DNA of 64,000 nt, filler included, from Welwitschia mirabilis (lineage: Eukaryota), in the NCBI GenBank assembly GCA_051453625.1. It is 4 parts of one record of this genome, joined end to end, with 100 filler letters (N's around TTAATTAATTAA, not from the genome) between each part and the next. Parts side by side here need not be neighbours in the genome. Positions count along the whole stretch, not along the records: positions 21,461 to 47,108 come from JBOZIK010000001.1; 3 more parts are not named here. One strand, 5' to 3'. Shown piece after piece: positions 24,169 through 38,200 of the stretch. A program made the position numbers and the translations under genes. Below the pieces are notes generated by a model. That model did no database searches and was not told the origin of the DNA. It was given only the letters and a program-made list of their open reading frames with translations. Each line of letters opens with the position of its first letter. Position 1 is the stretch's first letter.

Positions 24169-27100
24169 GAATTGTAGTGGAAGAAAATTAAAATCAAGCC
24201 TTAAGAAGTAGAAGAACATTTGTTTCTAATGTCAATAAAATAAGTAAAAAGCTAGCTAATCTAAAAGAATCCCTTGAAAACCCAAATTAAAAGAAGACAA
24301 GGTAGAAGAAGTATGATATATTCATGAAGAATCAAACTTGAAAAAGATAGATGATATAAATTCGATGTTTTGTATCAAGTATCATTAAGATGATATAATC
24401 AATAATTACAAGATTAAGTTCATTATTAAAGGTTATGTAGAAAAATAAGGCATTGCTTAGAATGAAACATCTACATCCACAACAAAAAATTTATACCATA
24501 TGAATTTGCATTCTTAAATGGAGATCTTGAAAAATAAATATTCATAATTAAGCTTGAAGGCTTTGAAATTAAAGACCATGAAATAAATTCTAAGACTAAA
24601 TAAATCCTTGTATAGCATAAACAAGCTCTCAAAGTATGATTTATAAAGATTGATGAATTCCTCAAAAGTTTTAGTTTTTAAGATTTCTCTCCTAGGTAAA
24701 AATCTCTATGTAAAAAGGTAAATACAAAAGAGATATAATACTCTTACTTTATAGTAGTAACATAATATTGATAGGAGAGTGTAAGATAGAGATTAAGAAA
24801 GTAAGGGATGGCAGTCAAAATTTTGAAATTTTAGATCTTGAATATTTTAAAGTAGTTTTTTTAGCATTTTAAATACTAAGAAATGATGAAATAATAAAAA
24901 TGTATTAAGGAAAATATACCAAAGCAATACTATGAATAATATTTTGTGAATTAATGATGATAAGACAATCCTATAGAGTTAGGTATAAAGATAAAGCCTA
25001 ATAAAATGATAAGAAAGACTAATTCCATAAAATACCATAAGGTAGTTGATAAATTAATATGTCTAATAAACATAAGACTGAATATCATATTTTCTAATAA
25101 GTTTATTAGAGTTATGTATTATCCAAATACGACATACATAATGTTGAAAATTTATATATTAAAGTACTTAATTAGAATGATAAGACACAATAAAAATCTT
25201 TTATAAAGACCAAAAAAGTTTAGTTGATTGCATAAATTTAGATTGGGTTAGGGCTAAAGATGGTGGATCAACCTTAGATTATGTCATTTAGTTCAATGGA
25301 AATGTTATTTTATGGTTAAGTAAAAAATAAGAAACAATTGTAATTTATCCTACTAAGGTAAAACATGCTGTAGTAGCAATTTATGCTTTAAATTGAAATG
25401 AATCCATTAAATTCGAAGTGATCTTAATGAAGATACTTAAATTACAATTCTCATTCATCATGATAATCAAAGTATAACAAAATTTATAAAGTATCCTATA
25501 TTTCACAAAAGAGTAAAGCATGTCAAGCTTAGGTTTCATTATGTTAGGAAATTATACTTGAAAGGATTTATCAAGCTAAGCTACATTAACACATAGTAAT
25601 AGGTAGTAGATTGAGTCACAAAATTAGTTGAAGAATTAAATTTCAATATTTTGTGGAAGCTATACAAGTCAAGGACAAAAAGCTAAAATTTTAAGGTAGA
25701 GCATTGCATGAAACATAAAACACAAAATACATCAAACATTTAAAAACAAAATACATCAAACATTTATTTTTAAAAGTATTTTATCCTCATAAAATAAAAT
25801 CCCAAGTCTTAACTAATAATTAATCATATAAATTAGTCAGTTAATTACTCCTAATGAAATAATGTGACTAGTTATACTTCTTTTATGAAGAGTCACATCT
25901 TCTTATCTTATATATAAACTATACTTCACCATATCAAATGAGTGTAATCTAGTTGCAATTCATTTAATTTATAAATTATGTTGCCAATAAAAGTGTTTTT
26001 TGTATTTCAAATTTTTATGCATTCGTATTTTTATTTTATATTATATTAATATTTTTTGTCCTTTATTTCACTTCTGCATAAGCTCTTAATAGCTACATCT
26101 TTAATAAATGCTTATAGAACATCCCCAACATGTTGGCTTTGTACATGTTGTGAATTTAAGTGATTTGTCATTCATAATAAAGGATTGTAGTGCTCTAACT
26201 TCCATGTAGAATTAGTTCTTATTCCTTGATGATTTATGGTGTTTTTGTATTTTGTATCTATACAACTCTACCTTGCTAAGCTTTGTCTTAAGGTTCCTAG
26301 TTTATCCCTTCAATTTCATCAACTACGATTGCAAGGGATCAATCTTCAATTGAGCCATCTTCTGATTCCCATAAAAGATGATCATGAAACATTGTAAAAA
26401 CTGATTTATTTTGGGTATAGCTTGCTTTTTCTATAGCCTTTGAAACCTTAGCATAAATGAAAATGATCTTACATCTTTACTTCTTATCGTTTTCAACATT
26501 AGGTGAATTATCATGATGTTGGTTCAAATCATAACTTTTACCATAACTAAATTTAGTTACCATTAGTTAATGGAATAAACAAATTCATTTTTACTTCATT
26601 AATAGTTACAACTCTCTGTTATAACTTTTCTTTTTAGAGCTTCATTAATGCACTACTTTTTCTTTCCACTTTATGTTTTAGGATGAAGCCATCAGTTGTA
26701 ATACATGTTAAAAATTAGACAAGATCTACTCTGATATCATCTTAGACTCAAGCATGGAAGATTAATTTATTTCATGACTAGTAGAAAGAGAAGTAAAAGA
26801 ATCAATTTTTTAGTATATTTTAGATATGAATAAATAAATAACTAATAATTAAGGATAAAATGTTATTACATTTTTTTCCCCAGGTAAGTATGGTAGGTGG
26901 TTCATCAATGAACCACCCATCTAATAAATGAGCCACCCATCTAATTATTAGACTTAAGCTTTTATGACTTTTGAGTATTTTATCATACTTTATTTAACTT
27001 TAAAATGTTTCTTATTCTTCTTGTTATATACCATTTGGAATGAATTTTCTTCATTTATATTTTGTTTCATGAAGTAGGAAGAATAGCTTTTTCTTTTTGA

Positions 27101-27947
27101 TTATAAAATGAAGCATGTCATTGCATGTTTTATTAGTCAAGTTAGTAATTCATAAGTAAATTTACTAAACTTGCTAACATTATTCTCTTTATGGACTACA
27201 TGTTTTTTATACGTCTTATTTTTTAATGTTTTAATGATTTCTCTCTTTATATCATAAAATCAGGTACCTTGGAAAAGTTATGTTTCTTAATGATAATAAA
27301 GTATTGGTTTATAAAGTCACCATTCAATTAACTAATCATAATACTCTATTATAATTATTTCATGAGTTTTGAGTTACTTAATCCAACTTCCATTCCATAG
27401 TATCTATGCAATAGAGAGAAAATGTTGTTTGTTATAACTCTCTTTATCTGAAACTTTTCTTTTTTGCTGCAACATGTTCTATTTTATGGTATAATATCAC
27501 TTAAAATTTATCTCTTTACAATATTACTTCATAACTAGATTCATCATCAAATTTGCTGGGCATAATACTTCTTTAAGTATCATTTCTAAGAATTCTATAG
27601 TACTAAGGATTTTGCCTAAAATCTTACTTCCATACCCTAGGGTTATGATGTTGAGAGTTAATGTATTGGGAATTCTTTAGATGAATTTTATTTTTAGTTA
27701 TGTAATAGAATCTTTTAGAATTAATGAACCATTAATTTTACATATCATATATTGATAGTATTAACAATTCTTATATTATCTTAGGCTTTTATACTATCGT
27801 GATTCTAGATGGTTTCCTATTCTTTACCATGCTATCATTAGAATTCTATGAATTATTATAGTACTTTTTAGTTTTATAAAAAAACTTTCTTTTTTTTAGA
27901 TTTCACAATAGATTTTTAATCTTTAATTCTTCTTCTTAGACACTTTC

Positions 27948-29829
27948 TTTCCATTTCAACCTTTTTAGTATTAGTCCTAATTCTATTTCTTTCTTTCTTT
28001 CTTTACCTTTTCTTCCCACATTGAGTTTCTTCTATTTTTATAATAAATTGTTAGTAAGATTTTCTAGAGTATGGGTCTAAGAAGAATTTGATAATACCTC
28101 CTTAAATGCATTGTATTAAATTGATAACACATAGAGCATGGTGTACTCCCCTACTATCCTCTAATTGTGTGTTGATTGATATAACTTGCTTTTTTACTTG
28201 TGATATCTTCTTATGATTTGTCATATTTAGATTGAATAGTTATACATATAATGACAACTTTATTACATTGATTTAACAACATTATTTTATGCCCAATAAA
28301 AGATAAAAAAGATAAAAAATATATAGTTCTAGAGTAGGTTTAAAGTATACAAGCATGGATAGAAGATCATCACTTAGTTGATCTCTAGCATCATATGCAT
28401 CAATCTTTGCTTTTCATGTGAAAATCATTTCTTCGTTTTTTTAATTATTATTATTATTATAACTTTCATCAATTCAAATCCTTTCAAGACTCCACTTTCT
28501 GTGGGTTTTCATAGTGACTAATTGTTATGTTAGAGCCTTGATTTTTCAGGAGAACTATGACTCTAAGGAAAATATTTATTATTATTATTATAACTCTCAT
28601 CAATTAAAATCCTTTCAACACTCCACTTTCTCTGGGTTTTCATAGTGATTAATTGTTATGTTGGAACCTTGATTTTTCAGGAGAACTATGACTCTAAGGA
28701 AAATATTTATTATAAAACATGTACTCTAGGTACTTTGTATTTTCCTTTAGTTACTTATGAATTTTAGGTTCCAAGTGAGTTATGTTTTCATTAAACTTGT
28801 GCTCTTCATTATGCTCTAATGCCATGTTATTATCTTAGAAGATTAAAAAATTTTATATGGGTTTGAATTTTTGAAGAAAAAGAAAACTAAATGATGTATG
28901 AGACGACTTTTGTTTATTTGCATAGATCCTTATGTGATTTTTATTTTACAGTTATAATATTTGTTAATTATTCTAAGAAATCTTTCACTTTCTGCTCTTG
29001 TGGCCATACATTCTCAAAGGCAAATTACACTTTTTTTAATCTTTCCCTTATTTCAAAGAAATCATAATGAGTCAATGATCTAAGCATCATTTTCGTTCTC
29101 CTTCCAATTGCTAGGTAGTTTCCTTTAACCAGTCCATAGACATCAACACTATCTATTCTTGATAGAATTCTTGCCTTTGCTTACCTTCGAGTTTACCACA
29201 TGAACTGGGCTTTTTGTGAGGATAGGTTTATTAAATTTAAATTTATTATAAACTCCTCAAAATCTTGGACTCTTGCTGGGTTTCATTCCCCTTCTCCTTG
29301 CTTTTTCCGTTTGAATGTAGGTTAGTTAAAATCTTTTATGATATGCATNNNNNNNNNNNNNNNNNNNNNNNNNNNNNNNNNNNNNNNNNNNNNNNNNNNN
29401 NNNNNNNNNNNNNNNNNNNNNNNNNNNNNNNNNNNNNNNNNNNNNNNNGTATGATCAGCCTACGAGCATGAGCTAGTTTTATATCGTCAACAAGATCTTC
29501 AAAATAAAGATGAAAGAAGGTGCATTATTGCAAGCACACCTAGACAAGATGAACAGGTTGTTCATGGAGTTGGATGACCTGAGGATAATGTTTAAAGAAA
29601 ACCTGAGGCTAATTGTGGTTCTCAGTTTCTTGCCTGATTCCTGGGAGACTATTTGCACTACCCTGATGATGGACTTAGACACTGCCATGCCTGAATATTG
29701 TCATTTCAAAGCCTCTGGATACCTATAAGAATAGGGCTGTTGAGTCTGTTGGAGAAGCCCTTGTTGTTCACAGAGGACGTTCTTAGACCAGAGGAGGAGG
29801 ACTTTGGTAGAGAAAGAGCAGAGGAAGAT
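27948..29829. repeat. Copy A of a tandem segmental duplication (LINE segment + gap + copia gag piece)
   Basis: 27948-29348 matches 29831-31193, and 29449-29829 matches 35514-35894, each with scattered substitutions and small indels. Confidence 0.85.
28446..28712. repeat. ~130-bp tandem duplication inside LINE RT (also present at ~30283-30550)
   Basis: TATTATTATAACTYTCATCAATT...GAGAACTATGACTCTAAGGAAAATATTTA occurs twice in tandem in both large copies. Confidence 0.85.
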
Positions 29830-32800
29830 TTTTTCATTTCAACCTTTTTAGTACTAGTCTCTTTTATTTTTATAATAATCTGTTAGTAAGATTTTCTAGA
29901 GTATGGGTCTAAGAAGAATTTGATAATACCTCCTTAAATGCATTGCATTAAATTAATAACACATAGAGCATGGTATACTCCCCTACTTTTCTCTAATTGT
30001 GTGTTGATTGATATAACTTGCTTCTTTGCTTGTAATATCTTCTTATGATTTATCATATTTAGATTGAATAGTTATACATATAATGACAACTTTGTTACAT
30101 TGATTTAACAACATTATTTTATGTCCAAAAAAAGGAAAAAAGATAAAAAATTTCATGGTTCTAGAGTAGGTTTAAAGTATGTAAGCATGGATAGAAGATC
30201 ATCACTTACGTTGATCTCTAGCATCATATGTATCAATTTTTGCTTTTCATGTGAAAATCATTTCTTTGTTTTTTTTTAAATGATTATTATTATTATAACT
30301 TTCATCAATTCAAATCCTTTTAAGACTCCACTTTCTCTAGGTTTTCATAGTGATTAATTGTTATATTGGAGCCTTGATTTTTCAAGAGAATTATGACTCT
30401 AAGGAAAATATTTATTATTATTATTATAACTTTCATAAATTCAAATCCTTTTAAGACTCCACTTTCTCTGGGTTTTCATAGTGATTTATTGTTATGTTGG
30501 AGCCTTGATTTTTCAGGAGAACTATGACTCTAAGGAAAACATTTATTATAAAACATGTACTATGGGTACTTTATGATTTCCTTCAATTACTTATGAATTT
30601 TGGGTTCCAAGTGACTTATGTTTTCCTTCATGTTTTCATTAAAATTGTGCTCTTCATTGCTCTGATGCCATGTTATTATTTTAGAATATTAAAAATATTT
30701 TATATGAGTTTGAATTTTAGAAGAAAAAGAAAACTAAATGATGTATGAGATGACTTTTATTTTATTTTCATAGCTCCTTATGTGATTTTTATTTTATAGT
30801 TATAATATTTGTTAATTATTCTAAGAAATCTTTCACTTTCTGCTCTTGTAGCCATACGTTCTCAAAGGTAAATTACACTTTTTTATCTTTCCCTTATTTC
30901 AAAGGAATCATAATGAGTCGATGATCTAAGCATCATTTTCCTTCTTCCTCCAATTGCTAGGTAGTCTCCTTTAACCAATCCATAGACATCAACACTATCT
31001 ATTCTTAATAGAATTCTTTCCTTTGCTTATCTTCGAGTTTACCACATGAACTGGTTTTCTGTGAGGATAGGTTTATTAGATTTAAATTTATTATAAACTC
31101 TTCAAAATCTTGGGCTCTTGCTAGGTTTCATTCCCCTTCTCCTTGCTTTTTCCGTTTGAATCTAGGTTGGTTGAAGTATTTTATGATATGCATTTTTTAT
31201 TGGTCATCTTCTACTTTAGTTTTATCTCTAGTATCATTCTTGTGCCTATTTGCTATAGGGTATAAACATTAATTAGCTAGTAATCTGCAATCTCAAAAAT
31301 TTAGAACTACCTTGTCCCCTTAATATTTTTATACTTGATATTCTTTACAAAGAGGGTTGTCAGTTCCCTTACTTACCCAATAACTGGCTTTCACTCTACA
31401 TTTCAAGTTACCTACATGCCTTGAAACCTATCCTTGGTTTAAACTTTAATTTACTATAAATACATAATGCTAATTTTATAACTAGTCAAAAATTATTTGA
31501 TAACCCATTTCTTTGGGCATCATTCATGTACTGAATATTCAAGCTTATGATCTTTATTTAACTTATTTTTAGGAGGCCTTTACTGATAGATCAAAGAGGG
31601 CCTTTTGAGACCCATTAGCACTGTTTTTAACTGCTTATTTTTTGGCTTTGATGGCATCTATTGATCTCTTTAATACCTCATCTTGTTTCTTTTTTACTTT
31701 TAGAGTTTAACTCTTCTAATCCACTACTACTGAAGGCTTTAAATCTATTAAAGGATTGACTTTACTAGTTGGTATTCGTACATGTTTTATGTACTACTGG
31801 ATGTTCCTTTGCTCTTTTTCAGCGAGTGCTCAAGCTAAGGTTCTCTTTTTTTACCTTTTGACTTCCCTCTTTTGTGGTTTTACCCCTATTTCTATTTTTC
31901 TCCTTCCCAGAATAAATTAGAAATTATTTTTATCCTTTCTAAATCTACAATCTTTTGACTTATGTCAAACTTGTCACAGATTTCACATGCTACACTGATA
32001 CATATTTTTTGATGGTACCATTTCCTTTCACATCTTCCGTAGGCCTAGTCCTTTAGTTCAGGGAAGAACCTCTATGTGTCCTAATAGTTTGCAAAAGCAT
32101 AGTAATTTGGTGAATTCTTATACTCAAATTCCACAAGGTCAATTTCATAGCTACGTATTATTTCAAAGTTTTTCAACTTTCTCATTAGGTTACTCTTTAC
32201 TAGGTGTAGAATTAAATCAACACCATTTTTATTCCATTGAGAGTTACTAACTCTAGCTTTAATCAGGTCTTTGAATTATGTTGGTAATTCTTGAATGAAG
32301 GTTTGATTCCATAACATCAAGCTAAATCCTCTCAACTTGACTTAGATTGGTAGTTTTTAAAAAAATTTAATGAAATCTTTCCTTCCTTTCTTTAACGTAT
32401 TAAGATAAGCCCTTTTGTCCCAAAGAACCAGGGGCCTTATGCCATCATGTTGTTCAAGTCTTCCTCAGATGCAAACTTGAAGAGGATCATTCCTTCTGCT
32501 AAGGCTATTACTTGGATTATCTAAGTACTAATCCACCTCAAGATCATCCATTTTCTAATTGCTTCCATACTTGGCTAATGGCCACAAGAAAAGAATCTAT
32601 CTACTAAGTTGATTTTAGCCTTTTCTCTACATTGATGTAGTGCTTCAAAGAGGCTTTTATTTTAAATTTTATGTCTTCTTGAAAAAAACTTTTTTGTATT
32701 TGAATCTATGAGAAGAAGATCTTACTTAGATCCCTGCACCCTTGCCTCTGTTAGCACCATTGCGATGTGCTGAAAGCTTGTCACAAGACTAAAACCCACC

Positions 32801-33818
32801 TTCTCCTATGCTTCCCTAGTGGTTTGAAAGCCTGCCACAAGACCTAAATTGCCCTTAGTGCATGTGGCTAGTCTTTGCCATGAAACTCTGCTTAAGATGT
32901 CTTGGCGTCCTCTATTATCATCCTTATCTCCTTTACAGGCCACAAACTTTCCTGCTGCAAAGCCAATAGACCTCACAAAGAAAACAATTTTACACTTCTC
33001 TGTAGCTGCCTCTCCTCTTGGCTACTTCCTTCGACTCTTGTTGGCCCCTCCACTTCCTAACCTCACTTGAGAAGGGAGGCTCCACTCCTTGCGTTAGATG
33101 TCCAAGCCCTAGAAATCCTTGAAGAAGACTTACCCCTTTTTTCCCGATTCTATCTTTTCTTTACTTGTTTTTCATGTTTCTCTTTATCTTACATTTTAAG
33201 TGTAATTAAAATTTAGTTTCAGTTTTGAAATGAAATTATGCAAATAGATAAAGTTTTATTAGAGAGTTATGTTATTGTTGACGATGTTGGTTTGATTTTT
33301 GGTAAATAATTTTTTTTTGGTTGGCATACTCTTTAAAGATTGAACTCACAACCAAAAAGTTATTTTTAGTGAATAGTTTCTTCTTCTTCTTCTCTCTTTT
33401 TTTTCTTTTTCCCCTTTGGATGGAAGACTTTTTAAGAGAAGAACTTACAACTAAAAAGCTAAAGAAACCAAAAGGATGTCTTTAAGGAAACTAAATAAGT
33501 TTTATTAAGATAAAGATTTTTTTAACTTGAAAGACTTTAACAACTAAACTCAAAATCTCAAAAACCTTTTTAAGAATTAAACTTATAATCACAAAGACCA
33601 AATCATTACTTTATTATGAGGATGTCTATTCAAAGATAATACTAAAGATATTTACCATGTTATTATACTGAAATTTACATAACACAGCTAATCGTGAACG
33701 CAAAATTTACCTCGACCGNNNNNNNNNNNNNNNNNNNNNNNNNNNNNNNNNNNNNNNNNNNNNNNNNNNNNNNNNNNNNNNNNNNNNNNNNNNNNNNNNN
33801 NNNNNNNNNNNNNNNNNN

Positions 33819-34082
33819 CACGAAAATATAGTCGTTTAAAGATGTTAGCTGCGGTTTCCAACCTCCAACGACTCTTCTTTGTCTTGTATCTATATATGCC
33901 TCTATCTAATGGATTGAAGCAGATTTGCTTACCTTGAGAAAATATCACTTGAAGGAATTTGTGTTAATATACAGAGATCTGACTGAACTTGTGCAATCCT
34001 TTATCATCATTAAGGATTGATCTAAAGCTCTCAATGCTGATGCCCTGTGCAATCTAGGCACCTTGCTCCATCAGAAATCTCT

Positions 34083-34152
<70 letters not shown>

Positions 34153-34475
34153 ATTCTTTGATTGTTGTAAGAAGCTTAAGGATTTGAGCAAAGGAGTGGA
34201 GGTCCTACGAACTCCTTATGAAGGAGGTTTTGTAAAGATCTTAAATTAAGGGAACCGGGAGGCTGATAGCTGTTTGCTGCCCCTTGAGAGTGGAGTAGGC
34301 TTGGCCGAATCACTATAAAATCTGGTGCACTTGTTCTTCTGTTTTTCTTTTTAGTTGTTTATTCATTTATTGTTTAATATTTGTGGTATCAGATTTATAT
34401 TTTTGCAAAAATTAATCAGTAATATTGTTATCACCCTATTCAATCCCCCTCTAGGGTGCATGTACGATCCTAACA
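33819..34475 (+). mobile_element. 3' part of a SIRE-like (Sirevirus) copia LTR
   Basis: Ends ACCCTATTCAATCCCCCTCTAGG...CCTAACA, the typical Sirevirus LTR 3' motif. Reverse-complement homologous to 42229-42810. No PBS follows. 5' part is lost in a gap. Confidence 0.75.
34078..34152 (+). repeat. (CT)n microsatellite within the SIRE-like LTR
   Basis: Read directly. The sister LTR has a much shorter (GA)n run at ~42529-42543. Confidence 0.95.
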
Positions 34476-34774
34476 TTGAGAAGTTTAGACATATAGCTAT
34501 CGAAAAAGAGATGGTGGAGGTGTTTACCCTTACTATTTTTTTTTAAGTTTTTGTTTTGATGAGGTTAATACATTGAAAACCATCTCACACTCATCACATT
34601 CACTAGTTTGCTTGGTTGGGTGGAAACCCATAAATGGCCCCTATTGGCTTAGGGGTTGGCCAACAAGTGTCTAGGTCTCACGTATGATCGATATCCAAGA
34701 TGTTGATACATATGCTCAAGTGCAGCTTAAATACATGGATATAGATCATAAACCAACTTGCACACTATTGATGA

Positions 34775-35070
34775 TGTTAGGTAGAGATGGGACATGTGTC
34801 AGGAGAGGGATGAGACCTTTTTTAGGGTTTTGGCTTATAGCCCTAATTGGTTGTGGTTCTTAACCTATTTAAAGGTGGTGTAAGGGTTGTTTGAATAAAG
34901 AGTTCATAGAGTTCTGTGAGGCATCCTTGCCTGAAGCATGTTCTTGGCTTACAATTTCTGAGATTGATAATAGAACTTTGCATTGCTTTCCCATGGTTTT
35001 TCTGGGGTTTTCCACATAAATTGCTATATCTTTGTTTTCTTTTGCTACATTCTTTAATCGCTTTGTTGTT
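34775..35070 (+). repeat. 5' LTR of the copia element (3' end missing)
   Basis: Matches 39464-~39781, then diverges into a C-rich/A-rich tract. Confidence 0.85.
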
Positions 35071-35212
35071 CCCTCCTGCCACCACCCCCCCTCCACCCCC
35101 TTCTTTTCTCCACCCAACAAAAAAAAAAAAAACACAAACAAAAACAAAACTTTTTGGGGTGTTTGTACAACGCTTTTGACATTTGTCTGTACAACCATAC
35201 AATTAAACGACG

Positions 35213-38200
35213 ATGGAGCATTTGCTGACTAGTAACTAACTAGTCATAGCTGAGAACTAGGGTGTATAGAATATTCGAATAGAAGGTGTTCTTTGCCAGA
35301 AAGAATGTGATATTGTTCTAAAGATGGAAGCAGATGTGAAGGCAACATTTGGACTCTCTGATGCAGAATGGTTGAAGAAGTACCTTGATAAAAAATGGAA
35401 AAACTCAACAAAAGTGCACTTTTGTTGATTCAGCCGTGCCTTGGCAACAAAATTCTTCAATCCCATAGCAAGATTTCTACCATAGCTGAACTGTTTCAGA
35501 TTCTGATGCAAAGGTATGATCAGCCTACGAGCATGAGCTAGTTTTATATCGTCAACAAGATCTTCAAAATAAAGATGAAAGAAGGTGCATCATTGCAAGC
35601 ACACCTAGACAAGATGAACGGGTTGTTCGTGGAGTTGGATGACCTGAGGATAATGTTTAAAGAAAACCTGAGGGTAATTGTGGTTCTCAGTTGCTTGCCT
35701 GATTCCTGGGGGACTATTTGCACTACCCTGATGATGGCCTTAGACACTGCCATGCCTGAATATTGTCATTTCAAAGCCTTTGGATACCTATAAGACTAGG
35801 GCTGTTGAGTCTGTTGGAGAAGCCCTTGTTGTTCACAGAGGACGTTCTTAGACCAGAGGAAGAGGACTTTGGTAGAGCAAGAGCAGAGGAAGATCTGTCA
35901 ATAGAAGCATTGAATGTTGGCACTGTAAGAAGAAAGGCCACTTACGAAAGGACTGCTATAGCTTGAAAAAGAAGCACAAGTAGAAGAAAGGAGGTAACCA
36001 GCAAAGCTAGGAAGGAGGAAAAGAGTTGAATGTAGAAGTAGATGTTGATGTTGTAAAAACAAGCACAAATAGAAGGAAGGAGGTAACTAGCAAAACTAGA
36101 AAGGAGGAAAAGGGTTGAATGTAGAAGGAGATGTTGATGTTGTGTTGATTATAGATGTACAAGAGGTCAACGTTTCCCAATGCTCTTGCCCTGATATTTG
36201 GATTTTGGATTCTGGTACTTTGTTTCATCTTTGCCTAGATGTTTCCATGTTTTTTTCATATGACAAAGTTTTAGAGAAGTATTTGTATCTGGGGGATGAT
36301 CGATGCTGTGAGATCAAAGGAATTGGGTCTGTAATGCTGCAAGGAAATGATGGCATAAAACTATTTCTTTAGGATGTTAGACATGTGTATCAACTTGCAA
36401 AAAAATTTAATTTCATCAAGTCAATTTGATGCTATTGGCTATTCAGTTTTCTTTGACGCAGGTGGCTAAAAGGTAACGAAAGGTGCCATGGTTCTGGCAT
36501 GAGGACAAAAAGAAGGGACCTTGTACACTCTGCATGCTGATGTGGTAAAGCATAGTGTTACTGTTGCTGGTGATAAGGACGTGTCTCTTTGGCATAAGAG
36601 ACTTGGACATCTCAATGAAACAGGCATGAAGGTTTTTACTTCCAAAGTTTGACTTTGGTTTTTTAGATTTCTATAGGGATTGTGTTGTTACAAAATCAAA
36701 ATGGAAACCTTAAGAAATCTATTTCTAGAAATAAAAGCACTGGAAAATTCGATTTTGTTCATTTCAATGTTGTTGGGCCTATGCCAATGGTGTCCTTTGG
36801 TAGAGCATCTTATTTTGTTATGTTTATTGATGACTTTAGTTTAAAAAACTTGGCTGTTTCCTATTCCCTCAAAAGATAAAGCCTTTGATGTTTTCAAGCA
36901 ATGCAAAGCTAGAGTTGAAAATGAATCAAGCTGTAAAATTAGATGCTTGATGACAAAAAATGGAGGCGAATACACACCTCTCCTGAATTTGAGATGTTTT
37001 GCAGAGATAATCGAATTGTCCACACAAAGACACCTCCATATACACCTTAGAACAATGGAGGGCTGAAAGATACAATATGACTGTTTCAGAAAGGTTATGT
37101 TCATAGTTGCAACAATTTGGAGTTCCAAAAGATCTCTGGGCTGAAGTAGCCAACACTGCTGCATATCCTCTAAATAGGTCACTGCATTCAGCAGTTTAGG
37201 GAGGAATACCAGAGTTTGTTTGGAGTGGAGGAAGCCATCTTTCTCACTTGAAGGTGTTTGGCTGTGAAGCATATGTGCATTAGCAGAACACAAGAAAACT
37301 GGATGGTCATGCACATAGGTGTATTTTTCTGGGTTATGAAGGAGACAACCTTGGTTATAGATTATGGGATTTAGTAGACACGAGGGTGATCAGATCATGT
37401 GATGTAGTCTTTTATGAACAACAAATATTTTACAAGTCATTGGAAGAAAACCCAAATGAGGGAATTCCTAACTTTAGCACTTTGCAAAAGCCTTTTGAAT
37501 TTTCAGATCACGATGATGACGGTAAAATGAGTAATCCTCTTGATGACAAGGATGATGGAGATGAAAATAATCGACCTGAGTTGCAACAACGTGATTTTTT
37601 AGAATGTGAAGATGAAAGAGTCTCATACTCCTACACATTGGGTAAGAAGGTCCACATGTCCTAATAGACCACTTGTCAGGTATTCTCCATCATTGCATTA
37701 TATCCTGTACATACATAAAGGAGAACCTTAAATGTACCAGGAAGCTATTTCTTTGCCTAACTCAAAAAAGTGGAATGCTGCAATGAAAGAAGAGTTAAAT
37801 GCTTTAAGGCATAATGATACATGAGATGTGGTTCCCTTACCAGCTAGCAAACATGCCTTGTCTAACAAATGGGTTTTTAGGATAAAAGAAGAGGCAAATG
37901 GAAAAGCATGTTACAGGGCAAGACTGGTTGTAAAGGGTTTCGAGTAGAAGCTAGGTATTGACTTTACTAAAACTTTTCCTTGAGTAGCAAAACATTCCTC
38001 TATTCGTGTCATTTTATATATTGTTACTGTCTTGAATCTTGAGTTAGAACAATTGGACATTAAAACTGCTTTTTTTAACGGTGATCTTAAAGAAGAGATT
38101 TATATGAAATTGCCTAAACGTTTTGAAACCGAAGAGAAGAACCTAGTCTGTAGGTTGAACAAAAGTTTGTATGGCCTAAAACAGACACCCAGGCAATGGT

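Larger units (their letters stand above)
18085..25700 (+). mobile_element. Old, highly decayed Ty1/copia pol (integrase-RT-RNase H), split by the 19033-24168 insertion
   Basis: Integrase YFFIFIDDYNRMC..YFL at ~18120 and I.TRNIIFD in ORF 18589-18834. RT remnants (AFLNGDL, ~24.5 kb). RNase H DNQSI..PIFHKRVKHV.LRFHYVR at ~25.5 kb. PPT-like AAGGTAGAG near 25693. Confidence 0.8.
27000..33100 (-). mobile_element. Degenerate L1-clade LINE (ORF1 DUF4283 + zinc knuckle; ORF2 endonuclease and RT), partly duplicated
   Basis: - strand ~32.4-32.5 kb translates QVIALAEGMILFKFASEEDLNNMMA*GPWFFGTKGLIL (DUF4283), then PI*VKLRG and FCKLLGH. Endonuclease remnants (DFEEFI.NLNL, QFMW, LDHRLI) at ~30.9-31.2 kb. 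RT-start-like text at ~30.3-30.5 kb and 28.5-28.7 kb. Ends are uncertain. Confidence 0.8.

Noticed and set aside
26896-26945. 10-bp hairpin GGTGGTTCAT-CA-ATGAACCACC with an adjacent ~20-bp tandem duplication
   Set aside because: Too short to assign. It is compatible with a local repair scar, and there is no Helitron CTRR end at the expected distance.
34843-35232. Cluster of 66-119 aa ORFs on both strands
   Set aside because: They span LTR and low-complexity C/A tracts and show no protein features.
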